From NCBI GenBank assembly GCA_013265495.1, contig MU058463.1, positions 372,001 through 436,000 on the forward strand: DNA of 64,000 nt, written 5' to 3'. Of this stretch, positions 38,241 to 53,054 are shown in pieces. The position numbers were made by a program, and so were the translations under genes. The notes below the pieces were generated by a model. The model worked only from the letters and a program-made list of their open reading frames with translations. It had not been told where the DNA came from and searched no databases. Position 1 is the stretch's first letter; each line of letters opens with the position of its first letter. Source of the DNA: Vicugna vicugna (Eukaryota).

Positions 38241-40263
38241 AGCCAGGGTATAGTGACTTGCTTCTAGTGAACAAAATAGAGTAAAAGTAATTAGCTTATC
38301 ACATATAAACCTTAATAGTTGTATTTCCCAAATACAAGTTGGGTCATATTTAGCTATTTAAGTTATTCTGTATTTACTCTTAATTTTTCTATGATCTTTC
38401 GTTACATCTCATTGGCTGAAATCCTTCTTTGATTTGAGTTAATCTTAAGTAAATGATAGGTATATTTTTACTTATTGTAAACTTCTTTAAATTATAATAA
38501 ATTTAACTAAATACTGTTTTAAGAAATTGGCTGTCAGAATAAGAAAACAATATTAACATCAGTGTCGGGTTTAGATTACGTTTCCTTACTGTTTTTTCTT
38601 TTTTTTTTTAATAATTTCCTGATTCTGTTAAAGGCAGGGACAAGTTTATTTGATAAGACAAATAACTGTTGCTATAAAAATTGTATTAATATTCTCAATA
38701 TTAGGGTTACATGATTAAATTCTTTATGAAAGTCTGTAAAATTTTCTTTCCACATCAATCTTATATATTTTTAATGGACATGAAAAACAACAAAATTAAT
38801 CAAATATTTGAAATATATTTGAATATTGACATTACTGAAAACCGAAGAACTCCGTTTATATTTGCCTCAAAATGATGTTTTTAATTTTCTTCCTATGGAT
38901 ATCTTGGCAAAAGATCTATTCATTTAACAATCTGGTTCTTTAGTTGGCTAAGAATTCTGAGGTCAAATCTTAATGTAGACTTTGATTCTTGATATAGCTT
39001 TGGCGGATAAGCCAAGTATAGAAAACACACTTCTTGTTTTAATTTCACATTTTTATCATGGAAAACAAATTATATTTTAGATAGGCAACATGGAGCATGT
39101 TACACATTTCCTTGTTATAAAAAGATAGAAAACATACAGCTGCCAATTCTGTCATTTTAGGTAAGTATTACTTATCCATGAATTTAACAATTAATAAGTA
39201 TATTGCATCTTTCAAGTATGGAAAGGACATGGTTGGCTAATAGATAATTAAATGATCTATACCTAGAGTGGTGATCAATAGAATAATCTTCATAAGAAGG
39301 AGGCTTTATTTTGGTGTTATCCAGGGCTTTTTCCTTAGTATTGTTCAATATTCTTAAAATAAATTCCTCTCTTAAAAAAAGCATGCATATTAATATTAGC
39401 AGCTGAGAAAATTAATAAACATGTTATATGACAACTGGAATTTGAAATATTTGTCACTTGAAACAAATAGTAATGTAAATTTAATACTGTAATATTTACT
39501 GTATATCAGTAAACTTATCTTAAAAATAATAAAGTTAATAACAAGTATAAGAAGGAGAAAAAAGCAGTTGGAAAACTAAAGTTGGAGTCCTAAAAGGGAG
39601 CTGGGCTATCACAACTGATTTTGGAGAGAACTAGCACTGGAAGGCCAATGCCTCTATAACTGAGCCTCTGATAGGTATGGTTAAAACTGACATTATGATC
39701 TCTGTTTGAGTGGATGCCTTTGTGGTTCCACATAAAGTATTTACCGAAGTGGAATCACAAACTAAATTTGTAGTAGTGTGAGGGGAAACTAAAAAATCTG
39801 ATCTGATACATGTGTTCAGACTTGCCAAGTGTGATCATGAACAGAGTAGATAAACCCCATAAACCACTAGAATTAAGTGACCCAACATCACTGGCTGCCA
39901 GCCTGGAGGACCTCATGACACACATCTGGACTACATGGAGAGAAGGGGATAAAAGCCTGTAAAATTTTGAGGCAAGTAGGATTCTTAAACACATAATAAG
40001 TACAGTTGTATTTCCAGGTGGGTTCTTTGATTTATCACTAATTCTTTCATGTCGGTTACAGAAAGACTGAATTTGTTATTGGCCATATTAGCCCTAAAAC
40101 ATAGCACTTGTAGAGACTGTAGCTGTGTTTCCAATATCTATAATTATAAAACTCCTGGTATTTAGCACGTTGCAAGACCATCTGGAATAGCTTTACATTT
40201 CTTAGTTTTCCTTAAAACTAAATAATATTTACAAAATTCTGATTAATGGGTTGGAATGTGATT

Positions 40264-40452
40264 AGAGTGGGCAGATAAAATGCAAGAATTTCAGATAAAT
40301 GTTTCATATCCATTTCTATATATCTCACAATATTTGAATATGACTGTGTTCCAATAATGCATGAGACATATTTATACTAACATACACGTTGTTTACCTGA
40401 AGTTCAAATTAGCTGAGCATTCTGAAATTGTATTTACTTAACCTGGCAACCC
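40264..40452. mobile_element. MER53-like palindromic MITE
   Basis: 'gcagataaaatgcaagaatttcagataaa...gcatgagacatatttatactaa...gttgtttacctgaagttcaaatt..ctg...ctggcaaccc' matches the recalled MER53 consensus. Confidence 0.8.
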
Positions 40453-41074
40453 AAGACTTGAGTAGAGGTGATATACATAATTCCACATTATTTCCATCAA
40501 GAAAATGGAATACTTATTCTCTCCTCTTTTTTTATGCAGTTTCCGGGAATACAGTCAACATAGTTCCATTTTGTAAAATGCAAACTGGTCATCACACTAA
40601 AAACAAAGCAGCAACAAGACAGAAGGAAACAAGGTACTAGATTGCATTGTGTTATAGAGAGCTCTTACAATCCTAACAAGGCTATTACAGGTTAAATCCA
40701 AAATATTACATTGGAAAAGAAATTCCGTTTAAGCCATTGTCAAATTTTGCTATTCTGTGCTGAAATTATGTCCTAGTTAATACATTACACTATACTAATA
40801 GATGATATCCTGTCATCATTAATTAGTCGTAGATTATTTTCTTTTTCTCACTTTTTCTTCTCCATTTGATACCTTGAGATAAATTGTACTGTTTGTTACA
40901 ATTGCTAATAGCCTAATTATGATTAATTGCTTTCCTTCTTTGTTCATTAACTGGCCTTAATAAATTGAAAGCAATTTAAACTGTGTCTTGCCCTGAAGGA
41001 CCCTATCATAATTATGTAAGGACAAAAATAACTGAGTATTTAGTAAAGATTAGGATACTTTTAATGATAACACT

Positions 41075-42120
41075 GTATCAGAGAAGTTTTAGGTTCACAG
41101 AAAAACTGAGGGGACAGTACAGAGATTTCTCATATATTCCCTACCCCTACACATGAATGTCCTCAACCATTTCCTATATTCCCCACTAGAGTTACATCAA
41201 TTTGTTTTATGATGAACCTACATTGTCTCATCAACTTCATACAAAGTCCATAGTTTACATTATGGTTCACATTTCATATTGTACATTCTGCGGATTTGGA
41301 CAAATGTATAATGGATGTGCCTGTCATTATGGTATCACACAGAGTATTTCCACTGCAGTAAAACTCCTCTGTGTTCTTACTATTCATCTCTCCTCTCTAA
41401 CCCCTGACGATCCCTGATATTTTTACTGTCTCAATAGTTTTGCCTTTTCCACAATGTCATATGGTTAGAATCATACAGAATTTAGCCTTTTCAGATTGGC
41501 TTCTTTCCCTTAGCATGAGGCATTTAAGGTTCCTCCATGTCTTCTTCATGGCTTGATTGTTCATTTCTTGTCATCACTGAATAATATTGCATTATCTGGA
41601 TGTACCACAGTTTATCTGTTCACCCACTGAAGAAAATATTGGTTCCTTATAAGCTTGGCTAATTATGAATAAAGTTTCTACAAACATTCATGCGCAGGTG
41701 TTTGTACTGACATAAGTTTCAACTTTTTTGAATAAATTTCAAGGAGTTCAATTGCTGATCATGTGGTAAAAGTATGTTTAGCTTGGTAAGAAACTGTCAA
41801 ATTGTCTTATACTGTGGCTGTATGACACCAGCCATAAATGAGAGCTCCTGTTACTCCACATCTTCATTAGCATTTGGTGTTGTCAGAGTTCTGGATTTTA
41901 GTCTTCTGATAGGAGTGTAGTAGTATCAGTTTTAATGTGTTAATTTGCATTACCCTGATGACATGTGATATTGAGCATCTTTTCATGTGCTTAATTGCCA
42001 TTTGTTTATCTTTAGTGGTCAGGTGTCTGTCAAGGCTTTTGGGCAAATTTTAAATCAAGTATTTCTTTTCTAATTGTTGAGTTTAAGAGATCTTTGTATA
42101 TTTTCTATAACATTTTTAAA
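41075..42120 (-). mobile_element. L1MC-like 3'UTR and ORF2 end
   Basis: 'ttttaggttcacagaaaaactgag', 'aaagtccatagtttacatta', 'tagccttttcagattggcttcttt', 'ttgagcatcttttcatgtgctt'. Confidence 0.9.
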
Positions 42121-42570
42121 ATCAGGTTTAATAATTCCAACATCCCTGCCATGTACAGTTCTGATGAGTCTCTGCCCTTTCAAATTGTTTTTTTGCCCTT
42201 TGGTATGACTTGTAGGGATTTTTTCTTGATAGCTGGACATGACATACTGGGCTAAAGGAATTTCTGTGTATGGACATTTAGTACTGTTGTGGTGAGATGT
42301 GTGGGAAAAGAAAATATTCTATAGCCCTATGATTAGAGCTCAATCTACTAGTGAGTCTATGTCTCTGAACTGTGAGATACACAAGTGTTTCTCAGTTTTT
42401 TATTTCTCCCTTGGGTAGAACAGGATGGCTAAAGTAGACTGGAGTTGGATATTTGACTTCACTTGGGCTCTGATAATACCTCAGATTTGTCATATTTTTG
42501 TAAACTATTTTCCCTTGATGGTAGACCATGTTAAGAGGAGTGGAGTATTTAGGATGCTTTTTATTGACAC
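42121..42570 (-). mobile_element. Old L1 5'-end region
   Basis: 'aattccaacatccctgccat...ttcttgatagctggacatgacatactggg...tctatagccctatgattag' resembles L1MC/MD 5'-end consensus. Confidence 0.6.
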
Positions 42571-43789
42571 TGTGGTATTCTTGATATTCTAAAACCATAT
42601 ATTCAATTAGCAAATTTTAAAATTTCAATTGTTTTGATACATCTCTCCATGATGTAATGAAAATGGTTTATTAAAAAACAAAGAATCTAATGTATCCATT
42701 TAGAACAGGCAGAAGTCTGATGTAGTCTAATAATCTTGTTTTTCTTTTTCAAACCTGAGAGGGACATATTAACAGCCAGCAATCTTGGAAAACAACCATT
42801 TATGTTTGAGGAAATAAGAAACATAAGGCTGCAAAGAGAAAGAAATTTACACCATCTGAGATTCATAACATGATTTATCTAAAACCTATCCCTGTCTAAT
42901 TAATTTGCACCTCTAGGTTAGATCTCACAGTGTTCAAAAAGACTCAGGTTAGTCCATATCTCCTGTATCCCAGTCATGCAATAGGGAGATTAGAATTATT
43001 TCTCCATACCCCCAGATGTTCCTCCACTTATTTTAACCTGAGCTAATTTCTTTCTTATTTATTTGTTTTCTTGTTTGTTTGTCTGTTTGTCTAGCTAGCT
43101 AGCTAGGTTTAGCTAAGATAGAATAATATGTTCAAGTACCAGGATCCATGCCCCAGTAGCTCTGAGTCCTTGGTTTCTGGAACAATAAAAATTAAGTAAG
43201 ATCATTTGACTTTCTGAATTTTAGATTTTATTGGCACATAGAAACAATATTGAATATTATTCAGAGTTAAAAGCAATATAACAACAAAAATATTCTCATT
43301 GTTCCTCCCAATTAATTGTCCTCCCAATAGAATATATTGACTTCTAATATCCATGTAATAGAAGAAAAAGGACAGTTAAAAACCATGAAAGTAGTGGGAG
43401 AATAAGCTAGCTTGTTATGGCTCCCTTTATCATCTGTCCTAGAAACCCCTTCAGATTATAATCTTTTGAAACTGTGATATTGTATTTATTCAACATCTAT
43501 CTATCCATGTATCTTTTGGATTACCTGAATTTATGTATGATTTTTTTTTCTTGTCATACTCCTTAGATCTAGTGGCTTTAACAAAGGAGGCAAATAAAAA
43601 TTATAAAATGCTACGTATCACTTGAATTAATACGTAATGTCTGGGATGTGTTAACAGGATGATTGTGATCAATAGACATAAATACATACTGCTCAGTTTT
43701 TATGCTGTCGAGTACAGATTTGGAGAAACATGAAACATTGCCTATGTACTGAGAGACATAACCCAGAATCTAACAAATAGATCATGAGA

Positions 43790-44400
43790 AGACCAAGATA
43801 TTTTCTCACTTCCAAAATTCCATCCTAACATTATACATTGATTAAACCAACTATATTGTATAAACCAACTACCCCTTCTCTTTTTCAACTCAATAATCAC
43901 TTAAACAGCTAATAATCAGTGACTATGAAAATGTAATATATATAAATATATGTATTATATACACAAATGCACACACATACAGAATCTACTTTCTGCAAAA
44001 TAAGTTGCTGATTTACCTTATATTTTCTGCTTCAACTCTGCAACTAGCCATTTCACCAAAGTCTCCTTGTTTCTTTTCATGAGAAATGCTTAGAAATTAA
44101 GATCTGGGTACTAAGGCTACTCATCAATAGTGGAATATCATTGTTTCTATGTTCTTTCAGCAGCCTGTATTGGAAAAGTGGCAATTTCATATGGTCAACT
44201 AAAAGTCATAGGTTCTTATGGATACTTCCAATTCCACTCCAAAGCAAAGGGTTCTTCCTTGTCTCCTCCCATGTACACAAGGGGATTCTGAAACCCAACA
44301 ATATACATTCATTTAAACAAATTTACTTAGCCTATAATGCATACAAACAGCTTCAGAATTCCTAAAACCCCTAAATAGGACTGTAGCTGCTAAATAGAAC
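43790..44400 (-). mobile_element. L1MC-like 3'UTR fragments
   Basis: 'agccatttcaccaaagtctccttgtttcttt...agaaattaagatctgggtacta'. Confidence 0.65.
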
Positions 44401-47400
44401 CTAAATAGTACTGTATATATCTTATAATATCAGTCTAAGATAAGTGAAGTAGAAATTTTGTGTGAGAGGAAGTTTGGTGTTATAAATAGCTGCCTAATAT
44501 ATCTGACTGCCATTTGTTCAAACTTCAGTCTAATTTTCAGATTGCTGCTAGAGCTCTGTTTTATTTTTTTACTTAAAATTATCAAATACTTTTTAATAGC
44601 TGCAAAATAATATCAAAAGTGCATAATTTACTCTTTGAATATATTGGTCATTTATTATTCATCTTATATTTCATATATACTTCTATACATGCTCTCATTG
44701 CACCCCACTTTTAGCTATGTTGGTTCTATCAATATTTACTACAAAGGCCCTTCTATTTCCCACTCCTGTGCTTATACTTGGAATATTGCTTCTGTCTTTT
44801 TTAATTCTCTATTTCTTCTCTAGCAGTAAATCTCACTCAACCTTCAAACTTGAACCCAGTCTTTTAAACTTTTTTTCTTTTCCTGAGTTTTTCTTTTTTC
44901 AAAATATTTTGGGACATTCACATAACCTTCTGTAATATTCTGAAATAGTAATTCAAGCAAATAAATATTTAATTGGTCTCAATATGACCCTTTAGGAGTT
45001 GTTCCTTTATAACATGTTTTTATATTATAGCCATTTTTGCACATAGAATAGATTTTAATTCCAAAAGACTGAGACTGATTTCATCAATATATGATAATTA
45101 GATTGATGTGCTGTAAAACCTTCTATCAAAGATCCTCAATGAACAGTAGTTAAGAATACTAAAACAACATTTTTGAATTCTTACTTAATCAACAATATTA
45201 CCCATTATTTTATGGGAAATGTGGTTTGATCCTAAAAACATTTGGATACACAGCCATGTGTAAATTAATGCTATACATAATTTTCAACACTAACACACTT
45301 CAAAAGATTGCCTTTTAGCACATTTTAAAATTCACTGGTAATATGAAATAATGATCATTTTACAAAGTCAGCATACTGAGCTGGATGGATTAGCTGTCAG
45401 TACAAATGAGATCAACATTATATTGCAACTGGGAAAAGTATATTGGCCTTCATTATTACTGCTATCTCAGCAGTTGCAAGTTAGTCACAAATAAGGTATA
45501 TAGGCAATCCAAGAAATAACATAGATTTTTGAAATCAATTTTATGAACCTTGCTGTGTATAAGTTTGAAGATTCTTAGTAAAATAAATACAAACACACAT
45601 ATACACGTGTGTGTGCATATAAACTCTTCAAAACCTCTGTAGATTTTTTTTGAGTTTTGCAAGTATTTAAATTATTTTTGATATACAAGATACCTGGAGC
45701 TTTTGATGCCTGCTGTTACTCCAAGAAATAAGGATTTCACAGCATGCATATCCACTAAATAAATCACTGCACAAGCCAATTATCAGGGTCATCTAAAAAG
45801 TGCACAGCTTTTCCTGCTGTTCAGAAAACTTTGGATCCAGCAGGAAGAACATGTATCCTATGTAAATTCTTTCCTTTTACAAAAAAAGTTAGTAGAGTAA
45901 AAGGAAAAAGAAGCTTCATAGGATTGAAAATGGATCCCAATGTTATCTATATTAGGATATCTAACTTTCTTTAAATAACATTTTATGTTGTCATCTGACT
46001 CTAGAAACCAGAATGTTCTACATTAATTGAATGAACTATTCCAAATTCTTTACTATTTCAGTCAAAACTTTTTTCATCATTTGGTTCAAAATACTTAGCA
46101 TACTCCTACTTGTCATCAACATCAATATCAATATATATATATTTTTTCACAATTTGTCAAGTATACAACTTAATATAACTCATATTAAGATACCACTCGG
46201 TAAGTGCACAAAATTTTTACTTTAAAACATTGGATGTGCTCAAAAGGATTTCAACTAGCTTATGCTAATTGGCCAGTATCCCTAACACTGCAGCAGTATT
46301 CCAAGAGATACTACTGTAGTCTTGATGCTCATTAAATTTGCCTTTTATGCCAGATTTAGGGTTAAAATATTCTGTGAAAATTGACAAAACTATTATAAAA
46401 ATTGTTTATTTTATTTTATTTAAACATTCTGTCTCCTTGTATTACCAGGTAGTTACAGTGTGCTTTCTTAGCTTTCAAATATCCTTTAATAGCTAGTACT
46501 TGTATTCCTTTCTTTAAAAACATCTCAGTGTATGTCCCCAGTCATCCCAGAATTCTGTTTTAGGTGTCAGTCTTTTGTCCTACCAACTGGTGCATTGTTG
46601 TTTGACCACTAGTGGCCTCCATAGCCTACCAGGACATGATCATTTCTTATATCTGTGCAATTTAAGTATTTATATGCATGTGATATTTCATGTAAAAACA
46701 GTCTTTCATACTTTCCTACGTTTTGTACAGAGGTACAACCAACTAAAAATATTTGAGCTGACTAATTAACCTTTCACCCAGAACATCTTTGGTAAGAAAT
46801 TAGGAAGTTAATAATCATTGTAGGTTTTTGCTTTGGATAAAAAAAGAAATTACCAGCTTTGCTTCTGAAGTAATAATTTCTCCTGTGTCACTTATTTTAA
46901 ATATCACAGCCATAAACAATATTAAAACCTTAAATTTTCTCTACTGCCAGTTTCTTAGATAAGGTTCACATCACCTTTTACTAGAATAATAGCATTACAT
47001 CCTCAAGAGTGGCTTATACAATTCCCTTCACTAGGAAACATCTTCTGATTCTTTCAATTTTTTGCTTAAATATTTTTCACCATTTTCCATAATTACTGTA
47101 TTTTTAACATATAAGCCCAAGTGTTCTTTAATTTAGATGACAATACATGGTTCACCTCATATAATGTGAATAATTATCTAGATAACCACTGTGAATTAAG
47201 TTTATGAGATGTCAGTGTTTAATATATTATGAAAACGCATATGATGTACTCAAATTTGTCTCCTTCTAATGATACATGCAAAAAAAAACGGTAAGGAAAA
47301 GCAATTGATACATAATTTACTTGACTGCATCAAGTAATGTCTACATGATGCCATGTATATTATTGTATGAACAAAGTGTTAGTAGATGTTTGAATAAATA

Positions 47401-47409
47401 AAACTCATA

Positions 47410-48175
47410 TGAAAATTGAGATTTTACCTTGATGCCTGAGTATATATTTTCCTATAAATATTTTTGAGGTTTGTTATGAGATATGGTTTATTTAGAGTTT
47501 GAATATTCAGGTTTATTATGACTTTGTGATTTTCTAGGTATGTCCAGAATATTGCTTTGTTTAAGACATATTACGCCCGACTTCTGACGTTAGATTTTCC
47601 AGTGTATTCTATCCAATGTCATGTATATTATTAAGTTTGTCTGGTCTGACTGGTGGGATAAGCACTTCCTTAACTTTGTGCAAGAAATTGGGTACTGTTT
47701 TCTAGTATTTTGAATCTTTAAGTTTTCTCAATGCTTGTGTTGATCAGTATTTAGACCCTATTTAGATATGCAGAGTTATCTCTTTGTGAAGATCTCTTCT
47801 CTCAGTAGTCTGTGTTGTAATCTCCAGCCACATTTTTCTCTCTTACCTCTCAACTGTGTCTTTTCAATTCATGTGGTCTCCTGCACTCTTGTCTTGCCTT
47901 TTCCTTCCCTGCTTTGGTTTAGGAACTCTCTCAGAAAAGTTAGTAAGGAAAGTATCTTGTTTCTTTTTCATCTATCAGAAAATATTATCCTCTTTTTTCT
48001 GGGGTCTTGAAAACCATTGTGTATGTTCTTATAGATGATATAGATAGATAGAGATAGAAACAGATTATACAGATGATATACATATGGCTATAGATATATA
48101 GTCTGTTGTTTGATGGTTGTTTCAGATGGAAGGGTAAATCTGGTCACTGATACCCCATCTTAGACAGAAGTGACA
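47410..48175 (-). mobile_element. Old L1 (L1M4/L1ME-type) 5' end
   Basis: Ends with 'gtttcagatggaagggtaaatctggtcactgataccccatcttagacagaagt', the typical antisense start of old L1 5'UTRs. Confidence 0.75.
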
Positions 48176-48659
48176 GCTTCTCAGAACATGTTTCTTTTAA
48201 ATATGCACATCAGTCAAGTTTGAGAGACATTGATATGACTGAGAAATACTCATAACAAGTTAAATATTAGATTGTTGTACACAATAAGCTCTTCCTTCAC
48301 ATAAGGATGAAGTTTTGATCTTTCAAGGAAACATGAACTTAATGGCTACAACTTGAAACTTACTCTTTCTGTGTTTTTATCTCACTGATTTTCTTGCACT
48401 AATATGCAACAAACTCACTTGGTCTAATAAACATGCAGATGTCTATGCACTGCTCTAGACCAATCGAAGCCCAATCTCTGGGTTTGAGTCATTTAAGTAA
48501 GCATCACAACTATTTTTATTTTTATGCTCCTAAGTTTTCAAAAAATTCATTCTATAGTATTATTCATATATTTTCTCTTAGTGATCCTTTTTTTTTAATT
48601 ATATAGACTGTTTTTAACTGTTGCAGGTTACAGTACCATCAATTGTGAAGAAATGCATA

Positions 48660-48875
48660 TAACTAACATGTATTGAGGACTTAGTTTGCATCAAGCACTG
48701 TGCAAGGAATAGTTCAGGCATCATTTTATTCAATAGTAACTTACATGTACTTTTTAAGAAACTATGAGAAATCAAAGATTATTTACATTTCTTTTTGCAC
48801 AGAATCTTATAGCTCAGGTTTCAAACTCCATGTCTGACTCCAAAACTGATGCTTTTCCATGGAACCTCTCCACTA
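48660..48875 (-). mobile_element. MIR
   Basis: 'taacatgtattgaggactta...caagcactgtgcaagg...ttcaaactccatgtctgactccaaa'. Confidence 0.7.
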
Positions 48876-49013
48876 TGTTAGCTGGCCATATTCCTTCCTT
48901 TTGTTTGTCCTTGCATTCTAAACAGCTAGAAAATATCTTTGCATTTCTCCACCAATAACTCCCCCCCCTTACATTGGCCCCATGTTTTGTTTGTTTGTTT
49001 TAGTTTGTTTTAT

Positions 49014-49034
49014 GTGTGTGTGTGTGTGTGTGTG
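49014..49034. repeat. (TG)n microsatellite
   Basis: Directly visible. Confidence 0.95.
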
Positions 49035-50309
49035 CCATCCTTTCCTGTAGTGATGGCCCATTTCAATCCAGCCTCACTGAGTGGTTAACAGGAAATAGAT
49101 ATGAATTTTTAGTATAACATGAAATCATCTATAACATCAGTAAAGTTCTATAGTTAAAATATCAACTACACCAATATGCTACTTTAATGATTCATCTATA
49201 TAACTATTTATAAAAATAAAATAAAAATAAGAAATACATAACACATAATTTGATGGCTCATCAACTATTTTTAATGCCTTAGGGAGTATATTTCTGAGTC
49301 AATAATGTAATGGTTTTCCAAGAAGCTTTTTAAAAAATCAATTAAAATATAAATGATTTGATCTGTACTTAAAGAGAAATGTATATCAAGAAATCATATA
49401 TTTTGCTAGCATAAGTAAATGACAATCCAAATAATAGCATCAGATTTTCAGATATGCATTTAAGTCAATTCATATTTATTTGAGAATGAAACAACTATAA
49501 TCATGAATATTATTAAAACTTTATCAGTAAAAATAGATACATAAGTATTTATCCATGATCACTGAGAGATAAAACTTATGGTGAATGTCTTAAATTAAGA
49601 ACATAATTAAATAAGAATAGGTCAGTTTTTTAAAATTTAAGTAATTACAGCTGGAGAACATTTGAAAGCTATTTCCAACCTTATATTTTTAACTTGCTGT
49701 GTAGGCATTGTTTGTTCAATTGTTGTTTTGCATTTATACAAAGAGTAGTTAATGCACCTGACAAATGTATGAGGAATCCATTTTATAAACAAAGTAGATA
49801 AAGTTATTTTATCTTCTCTGGCCAATATAAATCTTTATAAATTATGTAGGTATTTAGCCAACAATGAATTCTTATTTTTAAAAAAATCTTTTAAAACTTT
49901 TTAGAATAACTTATAAAATTACCTCTTGCATTTTATTTCATTTTATATTTTAACCATACACTATAACCATCTAACAGAAGCATAGCTAAAAGGTAATATA
50001 TGTTTAAGGAAATATATAAGTGGCTATGGTTACATACATGCATATGAGTGACTTACAGCTTTGTCATGTCATAAAAATGTTCATAAACAGGCAAGAACTG
50101 TGGAAATTTCTGAGGCCTCCTCCTCCCCATGACTTTAAAACAAAGATATTTTGTTCACTGGTGTGAGTTTTGTGAGGATTAACAAATAATTCTATGCTGA
50201 GTATTACAAAGGATAACAAAAAGTTTAAGCTTTTATGGTCTAACTGATACACCCCAACGTATCCTTAAAGACCCTCTAAATGTCACGTCTATTCTGACTT
50301 TACCTGATT

Positions 50310-50505
50310 CCCTTTCCACACCACCACAGCTCTGCAATAATATTTACTACATTGTATTATACCTCTTTATGTCTCTCTTTTCTATGTTCTTTCCATAAGG
50401 GCAGGGTTTATATTTCTGTCTAGACTTGTATCCCTAGCAACTAATTCAGAGCCTGACTTAGAGCACGTACTGATAAACATTTCTGTGCTGTAAGTTAATG
50501 ATTAA
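50310..50505 (+). mobile_element. L2 3' end
   Basis: 'ttccataagggcaggg...ttgtatccctagcaacta..cagagcctgac...gataaacattt'. Confidence 0.7.
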
Positions 50506-51619
50506 ATGATGTTTAGATTTTTGTTCTCAAAAACTTAGGATTTAGTTGAAAAGATAAGTATCAACTGTTTGAAACAATCCAAGGCAGTATGGATCAAGTG
50601 CTCAATAAGTAGCATAAACATAAAGATGAGTGAGAGGATAGAATGGTTTTATGACAGTTACAGACATAATTTTTAAATTATGAAAAAAATATGTAATTAT
50701 GTAAAACTGAAGTTTTAGCTTTTTCCTACCAAGAGAATCAGACATTAAATCCATTAAGTTTAGTGATTCACCAGCAAGATGAAAATAAGCAAATTTTTAA
50801 AAAGGCAGGCATGTGCTTCAGTTTTCACAGCTTAGCATAGCACTGTTCTGTTTTCAATGTTCAAATTTTCAATGCCAAATTTGTCTTTTTTTAATGTGGA
50901 TTGACTTCAATTGGCTAAAAATACTGTACCTGCTTTTGTTCAATATCTGAGGTTTTACAAAATTTGCTCATTTTAAATGTTGGGTTAAATTCTGTCTGAT
51001 TTTAAATTCTTTCATTTGTAACAGAGACATGAATATGCTTCTTTAATAGCATAGCTTACAAAAGGCACTGCTTTTTTTGTTTATCCTATTTTGAAGATCA
51101 TAAATCTGGACTGAATCTTAAAAGTAGGATTGATCTGTCTAGTTATCTGTAGATGAAAATATCCATATGTGTTCCTAAATTGGGAATTACCATGCCCACC
51201 ATGTTCTGAAATACAAACTGGGTCAATATGTTTATGCATTAATTTAAACAATGCAATACATACAATTTTCAACTTGTAGTTCCTATTCAGCACATAAATG
51301 GCTTGAATACTAAGCTGGTATGAAAAAACTACTATCTTTCTTCTTAGCCACTTTGGATTCATCTTCCCCTTGGGTTAAATATTAGTAGTATAAATCATTC
51401 TAAGGTGCTAATATTTAATTCGAAGATTGATGGCTCTATTAACTTTATTGTCTATGAATACACAAAAGCTTGAAATTCTTTTTGGTGAACATTTTTATCT
51501 GGTTGATTTTAATCAAGATAGGAGCTCTGTGACTCCTGACTGCTTGCTTTATGCATCTAGTCCATAGTTCACTCTCTTTTTAAAATATGGACTTATTGTG
51601 TGTTAGTTATCTCTGTCAC

Positions 51620-52970
51620 AACTAGTGTTCCTCAAAAAGGTAGCTTTAACTGCCTTCTCAATTGTTGGGAGGTTAGCAAAGCTACTCCATGGTATTGCTG
51701 CCTTGGCATCCATTTTGTTTGGCCAAGCTGCCTTTGGGAAGTTTACACTGACAATAGGCTTATTTGCCTCTCCATACTAAAGCCTTCTAAGGCAATGTGG
51801 ATTCCATTAATTGTAGTAGGTAAATCAACAAAAGCTCCTAACACAGAAGAATAATGCAATTTGTAAAAAATTTACAGATGGTAAACTGGGATAGAATACT
51901 AGTGGAAGGTGGAAGAGAACACATTATGGTGGCTGCACTATTTATGTGGACAATGGAGTTTGATGCCTGATGCTGAGTGCAATTAATGCATTGGAGAAAG
52001 ACAATAAAAGATCAAGGATGAATATTATCCAATTGAAGGTTAAGTGTGAAAGTCGAAAAGCTACTGTGGTATCTTATAAAGAAAGTCATCTCTTGTTGGA
52101 GCATAGAAATATTGGAGTATCATGCATTAGACTTATAGAAGCTGCATAGCTTCAGCAAAGGATACTTTCTCACTTCAAGACACTTTTGGCTTAGTTGGTC
52201 TTGACCCTATTTGGGACAAAAGGAATATATCAGATTTGGAACTGAGAAATCTAGGTTGATGCATCTAAAAATGTTGAAACAAGATCTTTCTAAACCATCT
52301 ATTCTCTTAGAAGTGACCCACTCCTCCCTTTAAAAACTATTACTCCACAAATTTCTGTATGGTACAAGGAAATATACTGAAATATATACTCCCTCCAGAT
52401 ACACTTCCATCTTCCTTCCTGATCGGTAAATGTGGTTAGATCACACTAAAAAAAAGACTGCAGAACTGCTGGACTTAGTTAAATAAAAAAATTTTAAAAA
52501 AAAAAAGGACTACACTCTGATGAAGCTGAAACACTTAGCCAGCACATTCTCCAGATCTAGGAGATCATGTGTAACACTTGATCCTGAGGGTGAGGATGAA
52601 TTGGGGTGGACCATAAGTTTACATAGTAAAGAATTTATTGACATGGATGAATCCTTCCATGAAATAGTTACCTATATAAATACAAAAGCATCAGGAGATA
52701 GTGTTAACTCACAGTTAAAAGGGCAACCAGAAGCTATTTGAAGGGCTTGTGCCAAATAAAGTAGAAATACCAGTACTGTTTTGGCAAGTAATTAGAGAAG
52801 GAAAAACATTATTCAGAGAAGTGGGAAAGCTATACTGTTAGAAAATGCATATTTGGTTCTTGGCAGAATCCCTACATTGATTCTTTGTTCTGTGGATTTA
52901 ACAGTTATTGTAATGACAAATGCCAAGTAGAACACTTTGGAATTATCTCTGACCCCTAGTCAAGTGTGTA
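51620..52970 (+). mobile_element. Decayed MaLR/ERVL internal (gag-like) region
   Basis: Motifs 'atgcattggagaaagacaataaaag', 'ggactacactctga..gaagctg', 'gatcctgagggtg', 'gaatttattgacatgg' resemble MLT-int/ERVL gag remnants; many stops. Confidence 0.65.
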
Positions 52971-53054
52971 ATAATATGCCCCAGTGTTAGTGTTGATTAG
53001 GTTTCAGAACAGGAAGACTTTAATGGTCTGTTTTGTGTTAAAATATTCCCGCAA

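Noticed and set aside
43299..44414. Short local duplications (tcctcccaat twice, taaaccaacta twice, ctaaatagnactgta twice)
   Set aside because: Ordinary slippage-type micro-duplications with no further structure.
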